Assembly (NCBI RefSeq): GCF_030684315.1 | Contig: NC_081396.1 | Location: 4,092,001 to 4,156,000, forward strand | Direction of reading: 5' to 3' | Length of the DNA: 64,000 nucleotides | DNA from: Stegostoma tigrinum | Taxonomy: Eukaryota | Part shown: positions 37,001 to 50,800 of the stretch, in pieces | Numbering within the stretch: the stretch's first letter is position 1 | Layout of the letters: each line of letters opens with the position of its first letter | Notes under the pieces: generated by a model | Told to the model about the DNA's origin: nothing | Database searches by the model: none | The model's input: only the letters and a program-made list of their open reading frames with translations | Translations under genes and position numbers: made by a program

Positions 37001-39769
37001 ATTACTGAGCCACTTTAGGGCAGGATTGGCTGAGATAAACTTGAATTTGAACAAGTGTTGGGCGTTTCATTCCAGCCGACAAGACCATACATCGTCCTGA
37101 TGCGGTAAATAGGGATAACACTTGTCGTCATTTGCAATTACTGGTTACTTGCGAGAAATCAGGATTTGCCCATTGGACACAGAATTGCCGGAAGAATATT
37201 TACTCACCTGTCGTCTTTGAAGCTCTCTTGATCAAAAACCTTCGAAGCAGAATATGCTTTTTCTTTGGTCAGGCAGTGGCCGATCCATTATTCCTAAACA
37301 AGGTAAAGAATGTTAATTAAATCTCGGCGGGGTGCAAACTAAATGGATGAATAGGTAGAATAATTGGGATTTCTTGTATTTTTGTGGATTTGTTTGCATT
37401 AATACTCAGTTGTACTTCTAGCATCCTCATTGTCTAAATATGTCTATGTATTTTATTTTGAAGGTAACTGAAATAATGTCTACTCCATAAAAGTGAAAAA
37501 GAATCTGGAAGGTAAATTCTGATTTCGGGTCAGAAACAGATGTGTTAACTCCTGAATGAGTCAGAGTTAATATAGCAAATGCTTAGATGAAGCCACATTT
37601 AACATGAGGAGAGATTTTCTGTAATGAAGCAACAAATCAAAAATCCCCACTTCTCCAATTTACAGTGGAATAGCCTATGTTTATGAAATTAAACTGCATT
37701 TAAGAAATATTTTCCTCCGATGTAGATATCGCTGACATTGCGAGAATTTGTGAACCATCTCTAATTCTCGATCAGTTGAGTGGCGAGCTGGGTCATTTCA
37801 GAAGTTAGATGAGAGTAAATAACTTTACATAATATTGCTGGGAGTGTTCTCTGGACATCAAACAGTGATGGAGAGATTGAAGGTCGGGCATGTGGCACAT
37901 TTCATGAAGTGCACAAACTATAGTGCAATATTAATAACGGATTTCAAATTCCCAAATATTCTGTGGCATAATACAATTGCGAATTGCCCAGAGTGGTCTG
38001 AATTCTTAAATCGTGTCCATGAGAGATTTTCTTGTTCATTCCTGAAATTAGAAATTGCCACAAAGTCCTGCCATGTAATCCCTCATTGTATGGAAAGAAG
38101 TGAAGCAAGTTGTCGGGCAGTCATTTGAAGAGAATCTTGCTAACAGTGAATGCTACTCTGAAGGATGTTACCTATCTATGGAAAGTGACAATGATCGTGG
38201 AGAAATGAAGTTTTTGAATTGTGTCAAGATCGATTTTGTTCTGCTGAAATTCAATCTTCCCAATGTCGATATGAGAGCAATTACACCAGAGCAGTGGGGG
38301 ATTATTCAATGAGAAATAAGACATTTGTAAGTGAAAAATATTCCTTCCAGGGAAAACTGTAAGTAAGAATTCCAAAGGTCACTGTGTGTGGTGGAACATG
38401 AAGGAGTATACAAAGGATGGGTCCACTGAAGTTCAGCATATCAGAAGCCCGAGAAGACTGTACAAAGTTGTTTAGGAATGAATTCTGAATTTAAAGAGGG
38501 GCAATTTTAATTAAATTACAGCAATGGAATTATATGGTAAGTTCAAAAGACATTTTAGAAATACACAGTGAGGAAGAGTATAATGAGAAACTGATTAGGG
38601 CCTAGCCGAAACTAACTGCAAAACTCTTGGAGTGCTGGATGACATTGATATATTTTGATATTGTATTTTACATCTCTATTTCTGACCACGAAAGATATGC
38701 AGTTATGATTTAGATAAGAAAGCTGTGGTATATTTTAGAAATTTCAATTAACTGGAAGAAGCATTTGCGCTTTCAGTGGGCATACATTTGCATAAGGCAT
38801 GAGTTCCAGTATCATGGGCAAATGTCGAATTGCAAGGACTCGGGTCGCAATATTAAACTCGTCTATGTACAGCTGACAAATGCCAGAGCATTAATGCTCA
38901 TCTAGCATGATGATTCAATAATTTTTCAAGACTTATTTTTTGACCCAGCGATTGAATTTGGTGTCAATTCCAGAGAAAGAATTTGGAAAAGAAAACTGAG
39001 AGACAATATTCAATAAAAGTTGTAAATGTAAAATATAATGAATAAAATTCAGCCTGGATTTGATGCAAGTGACACCATGACTGACATGGTATGTAACAAC
39101 TTCTAAGGAGGCGACAAGATGTGTGGTTGAAGATGGAAAAATATATGTAATCTGCTTTCACATTAACAAGGTTTGTGACTAGATCATGCATCTAAAATTA
39201 TTTATGAAATTAGAGAACCAAATGCAATTTGGGAAGTCGTTTCCAACATGTACTTTGTGACATTAGTCAGAAGGAAGAAGTTAATGGCCAAAAATAGTCT
39301 TTGAGAATAAACACTGTGATCAGTAGTGCATTGCAAGATTTTGGTGCTATGTCCTTTGCTGTTTGTCATGTATGTGAATGATTGATTCATGCATGCAGGA
39401 ATTTTTATCGCTGTGTTTACAGCTGAGGCGAAAAACGTGGGGTATTGCAACGAGCCAGGAGGAAAGCCTGAGACTAAGTTATGTTATAAAAGGCAGAACA
39501 ATGAAAAATAGAATATTATCCCAAGATTTATGAATGAAAACAACTTCCAGGACGATCAATTGAAGAGAATAAATGATGCATGGTTGTAACCGGAAAAAAA
39601 ATACAAATCATTGGCAGTCTCTTGCTGTACTTATCCATTTCGTCGTGAAGGAGATGATCGAGTGATATTGTTGCTAGAGATATTGTTATTAATTCAGTAA
39701 ACTCAGCTAACGTTCAAGAGGTCCATTTCCAAATGTCTTTAAATGGTGGAATTTAAATTTAGAAGCATA

Positions 39770-41240
39770 CTGCAAAGGTTATGGGACCTGACAAGATTCT
39801 GTCAACTATACTGGTGAATAGTGCTCCTATCTGCCACTCCAGAAGACAAGCATTTCCAAAGCACAGATTATACTGGCCCTGACTGGATAATATTTTTTTT
39901 TCAGACCATAGAAGAATCCAGTTCAACGAATTACTGCCTCAATATATTGCCCTCAATCATCAGTAGGTGTTCAAAGATGCCATTAACAGTGTGACCAAGC
40001 AGTCAGGAATCACCTGCTCAGTTACGCATTGTGTCTGTTATACAAGCTCCACTCAGTTCCTGACTGAATACCAGCCTTGGTTCAAAGATGAACAAAAACT
40101 GAGCCGTGCAACTGAGGGGAGAGTGACAACACTTGTCATCAAGGTCTCATCCAACTGAGCGTGGCATCGAGTGAGCTTTTGCAACACTGGAATCAATGTG
40201 CAGCAGTTCACAAACTTCACTGCCTGGAGACTTAACTTGTTAATCGGAAGATGGTTATGGTTGTTTGAGTTCATTCGCCTCAGCACATGGACATTTCTGT
40301 CAGAGTCCGTGGATAGTGTCTTTGGCCCAATTATGGACAATGTCTTCACTGGTCCAATTATCTTCAGCTACTTCATCAGCGATCTCCAGTATATCATAAG
40401 ATTACCTGTGAAATCGGGGTAATAATGATGTCACAGCACTCAGCATCTTCCCCAACTCGTTAGATGCAGAAGCAATCTATATTGAAATTCAACAACATCT
40501 GTTCAATATCCATAAGTGGGCTGACAATTGGCAAGTAGCATTCACACCATTAAACTGCTGGACAATCAATATTGTTAATTACAGGCTATCTCACCACAGC
40601 CAGCCGGCATTCAATGCTGTTATCCTCACTGAATTCTCCAATCTCTAAAGTCTGGGATTTTTTTTTACTGAATTGAAACTGAAATGGGAGCAACATATAA
40701 ACACAGTGGTGATAATAGCAGGTCAATAGCCAGGAACACTGAAACACGTAGCCCATCCTGCTAATTCCCCATAGCTATCCATCATTGAAGAAGATGTAAT
40801 GGCATGCCGCCCCATCTGCTTGAATGGGTTTCACGAGGCCTTCATTAAAAAACTTGACATAATCAGGAACAAACCAGCCCACGATAAAGCAGGGTCTCCA
40901 AATTTGATACTGAGCTGCTTGCGTTTGTAGAATATACAAGATATATTGCTCAAACATGCCAATACCCTGAGGCAACATATTCTTAAACCACCACCACTGG
41001 TATCTCGAAAGATAAGAGGATCAGATACACAGGAATATCAACATCTTCAAGCTCCCGTCCAAGACACTACCCCTCATAACTTGGACATACATCCGCCATT
41101 CATCAGAGTAATTGGGTCAAAATCCTGTAATTCTGTCCCTAAGGGCATTTTGAACCTTGAATTTGAGAAATACAGCTCAACACCATGTTTTCGAGTGAAC
41201 GAATGATGAGAAATAAAGTCCACCAGTATTCCACCAGTCA
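39770..41240 (+). mobile_element. Decayed non-LTR retrotransposon of a second family (CR1/L2 superfamily RT to 3' end)
   Basis: atgggacctgacaagatt (GPD.I), aattactgcc (NYRP) and aagtgggctgacaattggcaagta (W..W) remnants; related pieces at ~48000-48960 (+) and ~11250-12150 (-). Confidence 0.65.
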
Positions 41241-44200
41241 ACCTAAGAAATGAACTGTGAAACGAACTCGACAGTTTGATAACTTGGTTAAAGAGGCTTT
41301 GGGAGTATTTGCTTAGCATTGAAAAGCATGTAGTCACTTCACGGAGGCAGTATTTCAATTTCTGCCGTGGTAGCTTCCATTAATTAAAGGAATTCAAATG
41401 AAACGCCGAATCAGCGATAATCACACACTTCCCAAAGTTTTTGATAAGCTCACATGGCTCAGTATTGTCCTTCAGAGGAGGACTTCTGTCCTTTCTGCCT
41501 GTTCTGTCCAAATCGTTCCACAATAAGTGGCCTGTTTCTTGACAGGCCCGAATCTGAGTATGAAGCCTCTCACTTTTATTGAAACTTTTTTTCAGAAAAA
41601 AGAGACACAATTAGTCCAACAAGACAGTGGTATTACAAAACGGTCAGCAATTCTGCATTCTTGGGATACATAACTAACTTGTTTAACTTTCAATCAAGAG
41701 TTTTTTTTAAAGTGCAAAATGTGCTGGAGAATAGAAATCTTTAAAAAACTATATAAAATCAGAGTAAGAATGCTGGGAACAGGCTGTAAGTGGTTAAGGT
41801 TCTGCAGGGAGAGAATCTCAACCAGTTTTGAGATCGATTATTTGATGCAAAGTCTCCTCTGATCGCATTGTAAATGCGAAAGGATTTTCACCAGTATTTT
41901 GCAATAATGTTTATTGCTGACTTGAAATGTCAAATTCATTGCTCTTCTGTTTGTGAGAGCTTTCTGTGAATGCCTACTACATTTCCATAATCAGGATCTC
42001 TCTGGTAATATCACTGGACCAGTACTTGCAAAGTCCAGTTTGATGTTTAGTTGACAGGTAGTGAAATCCCACATTTTGCGGTTGGTAAAATTTCAAGTCA
42101 AAGAAAACCTGGAATGAAAAACCAAGTCTAATGGCAACAATGCAACCATAATCAATCGAAAATACAAAAGCAATTGTTTACTCACGTTTGTTCAGTAGGA
42201 AATCTCAGGTTCTACTTGGTCTGTGCTTTATCTGACTTCAGATGCGTGGTAATGTGGTTGAGTGCCTTCTGGAGTGGCTGCGGCAACCTACTGAATGGGT
42301 AACCTAGAATTATGATTCATTGCATGGCCGAGGCAGCAACATGATATTCCATGAATGATTAAAATGAAATATAAGCACACCTAAAACTCACAAACTGTAT
42401 CAATTCATTACAATTGCTGTGGCACTTCCTGACGTATTTTTTTTAATTCTAACACGCGACTTGAGGAAGATTGAGCTCTTCGATATATGCCATCAAAATA
42501 GATTAATGGATCAATCAATTGAGCGTTTAGACAAAATCTAGTCTGACAGAAATTTGTCATTTCCAGTGACTGTAGTACTTTTGTGACTTAATTCATCCCT
42601 GAAATTAAATATTAAATACGCGCTATCTTTTGGAAATAAATTACGTCTGCTCAAAACGATTTTGAGAAAATTTGTATTCATTTCTGCTGACTGTAAACAT
42701 GCTTAAAATAAACATGTTTTGATTGAAACTTATCAATAAGTATCTTCGATCAACTGGCTTTGTCTCCATCAATCTTTCTTTGAAATCGATGAAGCATGTA
42801 TGTAAGTTAGCACATAAACAGAACTCTCAGAATAGATCATAGGACAACAAAAACGCTATTTATCTTTCTCCATAAACACAGCACACAAGTGTTGGTAAAA
42901 ATGCAAATGACTCAACAGATTCCAATCACAGTTTATGTAAAGACTTTTTAAACTTAAGCTATAAGTTTTTAGAATCAGCATGATGTAAAATCTTATGTAT
43001 AGCCAGTAATTGCAACCAAAATTGTGAAATGCATTGACACAGCCAATGTTTCTGTCGTTGTCTGTCTGTTATTCTCTCCTGTACTCCCGGCATTTTTTTG
43101 AAATATGTGATGCCGTCTTTTCAATTACCACCATCAGAAAAGGCTTTCCTCGCCAGATCAGCATATACTTTTGTCCAACTAATGCATTTCTTTTCAGAGA
43201 AATTTGAGACTGTACAGCAAGGTTTTCTCCAAAAGGTATTTTTGAGTGATGAATAACTTAGAAGTGCTTGACGGGAACCGGCGGAGAAATCTTTCAACAG
43301 CACCAAAATTGTCTTGTATCATGGCTGTGAGGCTTTACTGTAGTTGTGTTGAAAGGGATTTTCATTGTATCTTACCAGTGTTGCTCATGTCTCAAGAATG
43401 CTGGACTGTGCAGTGTAATGCACTTTCTGTCTATAGTGCATCTTGAATGGACAGTTCATGGAATTTTGAATATTTAAGTGAAGAGGGCGGCTTGCTCGGC
43501 TAAGATGTTGTGTTGTGCTGTCCTGAGAGTGTGTTTATTTTTAGGGAATCTTCGATGCAGATCTATTCAGCATCCAAAACATATTGCATGTGGCACTACA
43601 GAGATTCTATGCTTCCATAATTATTTTGTTGTTTGGAACAATGTATTGGGAGATTAATTCTGAGCACAATGTGAGCTGCACAATCACTGAGAATATCTGA
43701 TGTAACGGTGTAAACGGGCCTTTAACTCCGACGATTGCCTTCCTGATTTCGGAATGTTTACTACCAAAATAAAATGGGAACAAACTCCGACATCGAACCA
43801 TTTCGACCCAAATTTCTGTTGTGTGTTTGTAGAGGTAGAAAATGTATTCTCTGAGCAATGTGCATAACTTCCATAATCAACATGCTAGCGGTGTTTTTGA
43901 TATTGTAGTTTAAATGTTGTTTTAGTCTGCCTTTACCTTTTCTGTAGCAGCCTTGGTTTTTTTTTGATAAATCTGCAACAAAATTGAAGGTGTATATGTT
44001 TTTTGTGCCACTATCTTAGACAAAGGATGTGGTCATATAAAAGAGAGTCAGAGGAGGTCTATGGATGATGGTATTAAGGCTTGCCTTTTTTAATGTGTAG
44101 AAGAAATTAAAGCACCTGTACTGTTCTCAAAAAAACACACAATTGAGGGGAAATATAGGTGAGGTCTATAATAATTCTAAAGTCAGTAATTTAAAGCAAA

Positions 44201-44779
44201 CATCAATTATCATGTCAAAACAATTTGAACCAGAATTTGGCATTCTTCCAATGGAATTTGTTCTTCCAGTCAATGACATTGTGGCCGAATAGATCTCATC
44301 CTCCTCCACTTTTTATTCTTGTTTTCATAAGCAGTGATTCCAACACTAATTCAAAATCTGTCCATTTCACATTCGAAAACATTTAAGAACGAATATCAAA
44401 AATCTTGCATGGTATAGAATTCCACAGATTCAAAACATTCTGCGAGAAGAAATTATCTTCTGACTTAAATTTGTGGTTTTAATTCAGAGATGATATCCTT
44501 TGGTCTTGAAATCTCTCCGATGTGGAAACTCTTGTGCATTAAAACTATCAAGTTTCCATAAAATAATACCTTCTTCAAAATGTCACTACTCAATCTTCGA
44601 TATTCCAACGATGACAGGCCAAAAACATACACTCTCCACTCCTAAAACGGATAATCCATACCCAGGATCAGTTAAGTGAACATCCTACCGATTTCTTTGC
44701 ATTACAGTGTATCTTCCCTTCGATACGAGGCCCAGAACAGTTCACAGAATTCCAGCTGTTGTGTGCCCAGTGCTTCCAC

Positions 44780-46045
44780 AGTTTTAACAAAACTTATGGA
44801 TTCACAGAATCATGCATAACTTAAACAAAGCCCTTCATTCCAACGTATCTGCGTCAAACAAGTATGCCAACCTGGCCTCGATCCATTTGGCAGTATTTGG
44901 CTCATTCCTCTGAAATGCTCCCTGTCATATCCGCATCCAGGTGTGTTTTATGTGTTCTAATTGTAAACACCTCTACTGCTTCCTCTGGCCGCGTGTTCTA
45001 CACATGCAGCACTACACCCCTACCCCCGCCACGGTGAAAGGTTTACCCGCTCCGTTCATTTTAAAAGTTTCCCTTGTCGCCTTAATTATACATCATTTAG
45101 TTCTGGGCTTGCCCACCCCAGGAAACCGCTCTTGGTTATTCAATCTTTCAATGTTCCTCATGATGTTATGAATCTCAATAAAATCACGCAAGCCTCTGAA
45201 GCTGCAGCAAAAAATTCTATTCAGTCCCTGCCTTTAGCTACCAAACTCCGATTCTATTATCACCTTTGTAAATCTTTGCTTCGCCCTCTCAATTAAAAAA
45301 AAAACCCTTCCATCAAAATCAAATGGGATTGCGAAAAATATTCCAAAAGATGACCTCAAAAATGTCCTATACAAAAGCAACATGAAAGTCAAATGTTCGA
45401 GATTATGACCAAAGAAGGCAAACGTGCCAAATACCTTCTTCACCACCCTGTCTACCTGCGAGTCCACTTTCAAGGAACTATGTATTTGCACCCCAGGATT
45501 CTTTGTTCAACAACACTCACCAGGACCCTTCCATGAACTGAATAAGTCGTGACGTGCTATACCTTACCAGAATGCATCACTTTACATTTTCTAACTTAAT
45601 CCTGAACTGATACTCACAGAATTGCATTGTCATGCAGCAAGAAAACAAACTCGACCGGACAACCTATCCATGAAGGTCATATTCCAAAACTAAATTAGCC
45701 ACATATACCTGCACGTGGACCTTGTCCCTCCAAAACTTTCTTACTCACGTTCTCGAAGAAATATTTCTAAATGCTGTAACTGTATCAGTATCAAACACCT
45801 GCCCGGAACATCATTCCATAAACGAACCAACCTCTATGCAAATTAAAAGCCATCCTGCCCCTCCTAACTCTTTCTTCTCTCACATTAAATGTCATGAAAC
45901 ATCTCAACGACGGGGAAAATATACCTCCTATTCATCTTATCTTTATCTCTCATGATTTTACAGTACTTTGATAAGGGAACCCCACAAATGTCTACATTCA
46001 ATGAATAATAGCTCCAGTCTATTCAACTAGTCCCATTAGCTCTCT
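44780..46045 (-). mobile_element. Stacked CR1 3'-end fragments
   Basis: QIHSSLKVDSQVDRVVKKVFGTFAF remnant and CR1 3'UTR-like sequence; paralogous set at 51750-52800. Confidence 0.7.
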
Positions 46046-46049
46046 AATC

Positions 46050-47850
46050 CCAGAACTTGAGATAGCTTTGGCAAATGTGATAATGGAGACCCCCAAAAGA
46101 GTAACAAGATAGTGAACATAACCCCTTAAAGATCAGTGAGGCTAACTATGCATGGAACTGAAGGAGGTGGATTAGGTACTCAACGAGGATTTTGCGTCAG
46201 TGTCAGAGTGCAGAAGGTTATATCATCTCGGGATGTTCGGGAAATAAGTCGCAATTGCATGAACAATATCACTATTGTAGAGGAAGATGTGTTGTGCATC
46301 TGAAGAAGATTAAGGTGGATCAGTCTCCGGGGCTCCATCAGGTGTGGCTTAGAATTTTTTGGGAAATTTGGGAAGTGATTGCTGGGCACGTTGTTGAGAT
46401 CATTGCATCATCAATAACCACAGCTGAGATGGCGGCAAACTGGAGTTTAGCCACCGTGGTGACACTATGAAAGAAATGAGGTGAGGAACAGTTAGAGATC
46501 TGCAGATAGGATCAGGGATTAAAGTTAGTGGTGAGCAAGTTGTTGGACGGGATTCCGAGGGAAAAGTTTTACATGTATTTGGAAAGGCAGAAATTGGTTC
46601 AAGTACTAAACATGGTGATTCGTTTCTCACTAACTTCATTGATATTTTTGAAGGTATGAGGAAGAGAATTGAAGAACCCAAAGCATGGGATATGAACTCA
46701 AGTAAGTCTTTTGGAAAGGTTTTGCATGGCAGATTTGTTAACAAGTTTTGAGACCAGGAAATGCAGGGAAAACTAATCTCTGGGAAATGTAACTGACTGG
46801 AAGATCGGAGACAGTGAGTGGTGGTGGAGGGTTGCTTTACAGACTGCAGGCCTATAACCAACAGTGTACCACTGGGATTGATGCCGGATCTATTACTTTT
46901 TAGTAGTTAACATAAATTATTTGAATGTGAATATAGCAGGAGTTTTTAGTCAGTTTTCAGAAGACACCAAAATTCATCATGAAATGGACAGCCAAGACGG
47001 TTACCTTAGGGTGTAATCGACACGTGTTCAAATGGGACAATGGGCCAAAAAATTTCAGATGGAGCAAAGTTAGATATATTTGTGTTGCTGCATTTTGATA
47101 GGGTAAATCAGGGCAGAAATCATATGCTTAAGGTTTTCGAGAGTGATTCCAAACAAACAGACCTTGGACTGCAGTTTCTTAGTTTCTCAAAAGTGGAATA
47201 ACATGGAAGCCAGGATAATGAGTAAGGCATTTATTGTGCTGGCATTTACTGGTAAGTGCACTGAGGATCGAAAATGGAACGTTGCAGTTGTAACCTACAT
47301 TGTTTCAGCCACATTTGGAATATGCATTTGTTTTCTTTTCTCGCTGCCTTTGGAAAGAGCTCATTGAAATGAAAATTTTCAGAGAGAATGTAGAAGTTTT
47401 TTGACAAGTTTGGATAGGTATAGCGATAGTCAGAGTCGGAACAGCCAGGTGTTATTTTCCCTGGAGTATCGAAAGCTGCATTGTGACCTTATGGAAGTTT
47501 ATTAAGTCACGAGGGTCATGGATAGAGTGAAAAGTCAAGGGTTTTTATTTTCCAAGTGTAAGGGAGACAATTGCAAACGTGATTAGGCTTAGTTTTACAG
47601 CAGAAAGACTTGGAAGAGACATAATGGGCAAATATTTCATGGGGAGGATTGTGAATGCATGGAATGAACTGCCAGAGGAAGTGGAAGAGGCTGGTACAAA
47701 TACTATACTTAAAGTCACCTGGATGCCTATACGAAGTTGAAGTGTTTACAGGGATATGGAAAAATTCTGGAAATTGAGTCTGGATTAATTTAGGACATCT
47801 GTTCGACACTGACGAATTCAGTGGAAGAGTCTGTTTCTATGGTCTATGAC
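46050..47850 (+). mobile_element. Decayed CR1 LINE (RT to 3' end)
   Basis: DQSPGLHQVWLR, gaagacaccaaaatt (FADDTK remnant) and CR1 3' region; many stops. Confidence 0.8.
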
Positions 47851-50800
47851 TCTATCCAGCCTCTCCCGATAAGGCTAACCTTCCATGTTAATAAATCTTT
47901 CCTCGGCATGATCTAACCTAATAATATCCTTCCTATAACGTTTTCCACATATATTTCAAGGTACACCCTGATGATATAGTCATCATTTACTGCAACTAGC
48001 CCTCCATATTGATTCTGGAACCACAAAGACTCATGCTGTCAGGTTAAACATGGACAAAGATAGCAACGTCTGATTATGATGTGTCATCTTCCCTGGGCTA
48101 AGGAGTAAGGACTTCTCCATGTTGAACAACATTTGGGGTGAGCAATGAAGCTGTCAAAGATGCAGCATATATTCGGGGAGAGAGAATTCAAAGCACACCA
48201 CTAGGCATAGCAACGGTACTGAGTGAGTTGCTTGGGCCCTGACAGACACAGCCATTAGACTGGGCCTGCAGCAGCTAGTAAATGAACAATCAAGAGGGAA
48301 AATATATGTTTAAACTCACCTTTCCCCATCATCTGGCTGCAGACATCATCAAATAAGAATGATAATAAGACAACGCTTGTGGAGACGAAGTCTCAGCTTC
48401 ATATTGAAAGTACCCTCCATTGTTTGTTTTTTGTTTTGCACTCTCAGTCTGCTAAATGGGGTAGATAAGTACCTAAAAACTTCGCATTAATGATGTGGAT
48501 TGTCCATCAATATAATCAGAATTATTCTTCAGAACAATGTGCAACTTCATAGCTCTGTGTCTTCCCTACTCAAAAATTATAACCGAGAGAGGGCATCAGC
48601 CCTGGTTTAAGGGAAAGTACAGGATGACATCCCTGGAACAGCAGTCGAGAAGAGATTTCAACATTTTGAAGACACCACAGAGGGACTGTTCTAATGCCAG
48701 ACAGCATAAACAATGCATGATCGACGGAGCTGAGTGAACATACAACTAGCTGATCAGTTCTAATCTCTGTTGTGATGCCACATCAAGTCAGGATGTGAGG
48801 TGGATAATTAAATAACTCATCGGAGGAGCAAGCTCCACAGATATTCCTATCTTAAAATTTGGAAGAACCCAATACATCAATGCAAAATTAAGGCTGAAGA
48901 GTTGACAGCAACCATTTGCCAGAAGTGTCAAGTTAATGCTCCATCCCAGCCTCCTCTCTTGGTCACCAACCTGTTCCCATTACTGTGGAAGGGTCACCAG
49001 ACTGGAAATGTTAACTCTGTTTTTTTCTTTTTTCACAGATGCTTCCAGACCTGTGGCCATTTTCAGCAACTTTGCTTTTCTTCCTTATTTCCAGTTTTTG
49101 CACTTCTTCAGGTTTTGTTTTCGGAGCAGTAATTCTACTTATTCGTGAAACTTGAATTAAAGGAACGTCTGGAATGAAAACGGAAGGCTGATGGAAAATA
49201 GAAATCATGTCCATTGGAAAGGAAATCTGCAGGCATTACTTGGTCTCTCCTTCTTGTGGCACCCGAAACACAGTAATGTTATTGACTGCCCTCTGAGTAG
49301 CGGTGGCAAACTTTTGAATGGGCGAATTGGGATAATAATGCATTCTTGCCGAGCCAGCAAAGACGACATTCCATAAATTGATAAAATATAATATTAACGT
49401 GACTAAAACTCACGAAACTATATCAGTGAATTTAAATTGCTGTGGCAGGTCTGCATGTCGTTTCAAGCATTTTTAATGAAAATTTAACATGAATTTGAGC
49501 TATGTTTAATTCTTGGATATGTTCTGGTCAAAACTGATCATAGTGCAATGAACAGGATGTTCAAAGTAAATCCAGTTGCACGGAAACGTTTCATTGACGG
49601 TGGCTTCAGAATATCCATGACTGAATTATTAACCGGAATTAAACTGCTAACATTAGTCCTTGTCTTTTGTAAACAAATATTATCTGTTGAAAATACTGTG
49701 CAACAAATGTGTATTCATTTATGCTCACTATCAACATTCTGAAAATAAACTTGTTTTGATTTGAAAATTTACGATAAATAGCTTCAATCATCTGCATTTG
49801 TCTCCATCAGCACTTCTTTGAAACCACTGAAATGTATATGTAAATAAATGCAGAAACAGAACTCGCAGAATAGATTATAGAGCAACAAAAGTAAATTTAT
49901 CCTTTCTGACAAACACAGCACACTCTTCGAAAACTAACTGATGTGAATGTGTTTGAAAACATATTGTTTTATGCGTGTACATTCAAAGTGATATCAATTT
50001 TTAAGTTTAGCAAAATTATGCATTTAGCATTGTAAGATAGATCGGCACTGCCAATTATTCCACCTCTGTCTTTGTCTACCTCTAATTCTCCCTTCCCACC
50101 TGATCTTCTTGCCTTTTCTTTTTTCTATGCGATGACATGTGTTGCCAATCCACAATCGGAAAATCTATTCCTAAACAACATGAAGTCAACGCATAAATAA
50201 AATATCTTCCCAGTCCAATTAATGTGTCTATATCTGAGTCTTTAGAGCAAGGTTTTTTCGAAAATCTGACTTTGATTCTCCTTCAATATGGAAGTGCTTA
50301 ACGGGAACCGATGGAGTGGTCTTTTAACAGGATCTAATCTATTATGTATCGAGGCTGTGACGCTTTACTGTGATAGTGTTGAAATGACTTTTCATTGCAT
50401 CTCACCAGTATTTCTCATGGCTGAAAAACGTTTGATGACTCAGTGCAATACACATTTCGTCTGTAATTCATCTTCACTGCACATCTCATGGAATGTTGAA
50501 AATGAAAGTGAAACGGGTATTTACTCCCTATCGGGAATGTGGTTACCATATCCGAGGAGAATTTGATTTAAAGGGAATGTTGACTGCAGCTCAACTCTGC
50601 ATCTAAGTCATACAAAATTTGACTTGATTATGTAAATTTGGACAATATAAAGGGATATTTCGGCTGAACATACTGTGACTGCACAATCAGTGCCAGCATC
50701 TGGTGCAACAATGTAAATAATTCCTTCACGCCTACCATTGTTTTCCTGATTTCACAGTGTTCCCACATCAAAATTCTGCATTAGAAATATTTGTCTTGTG

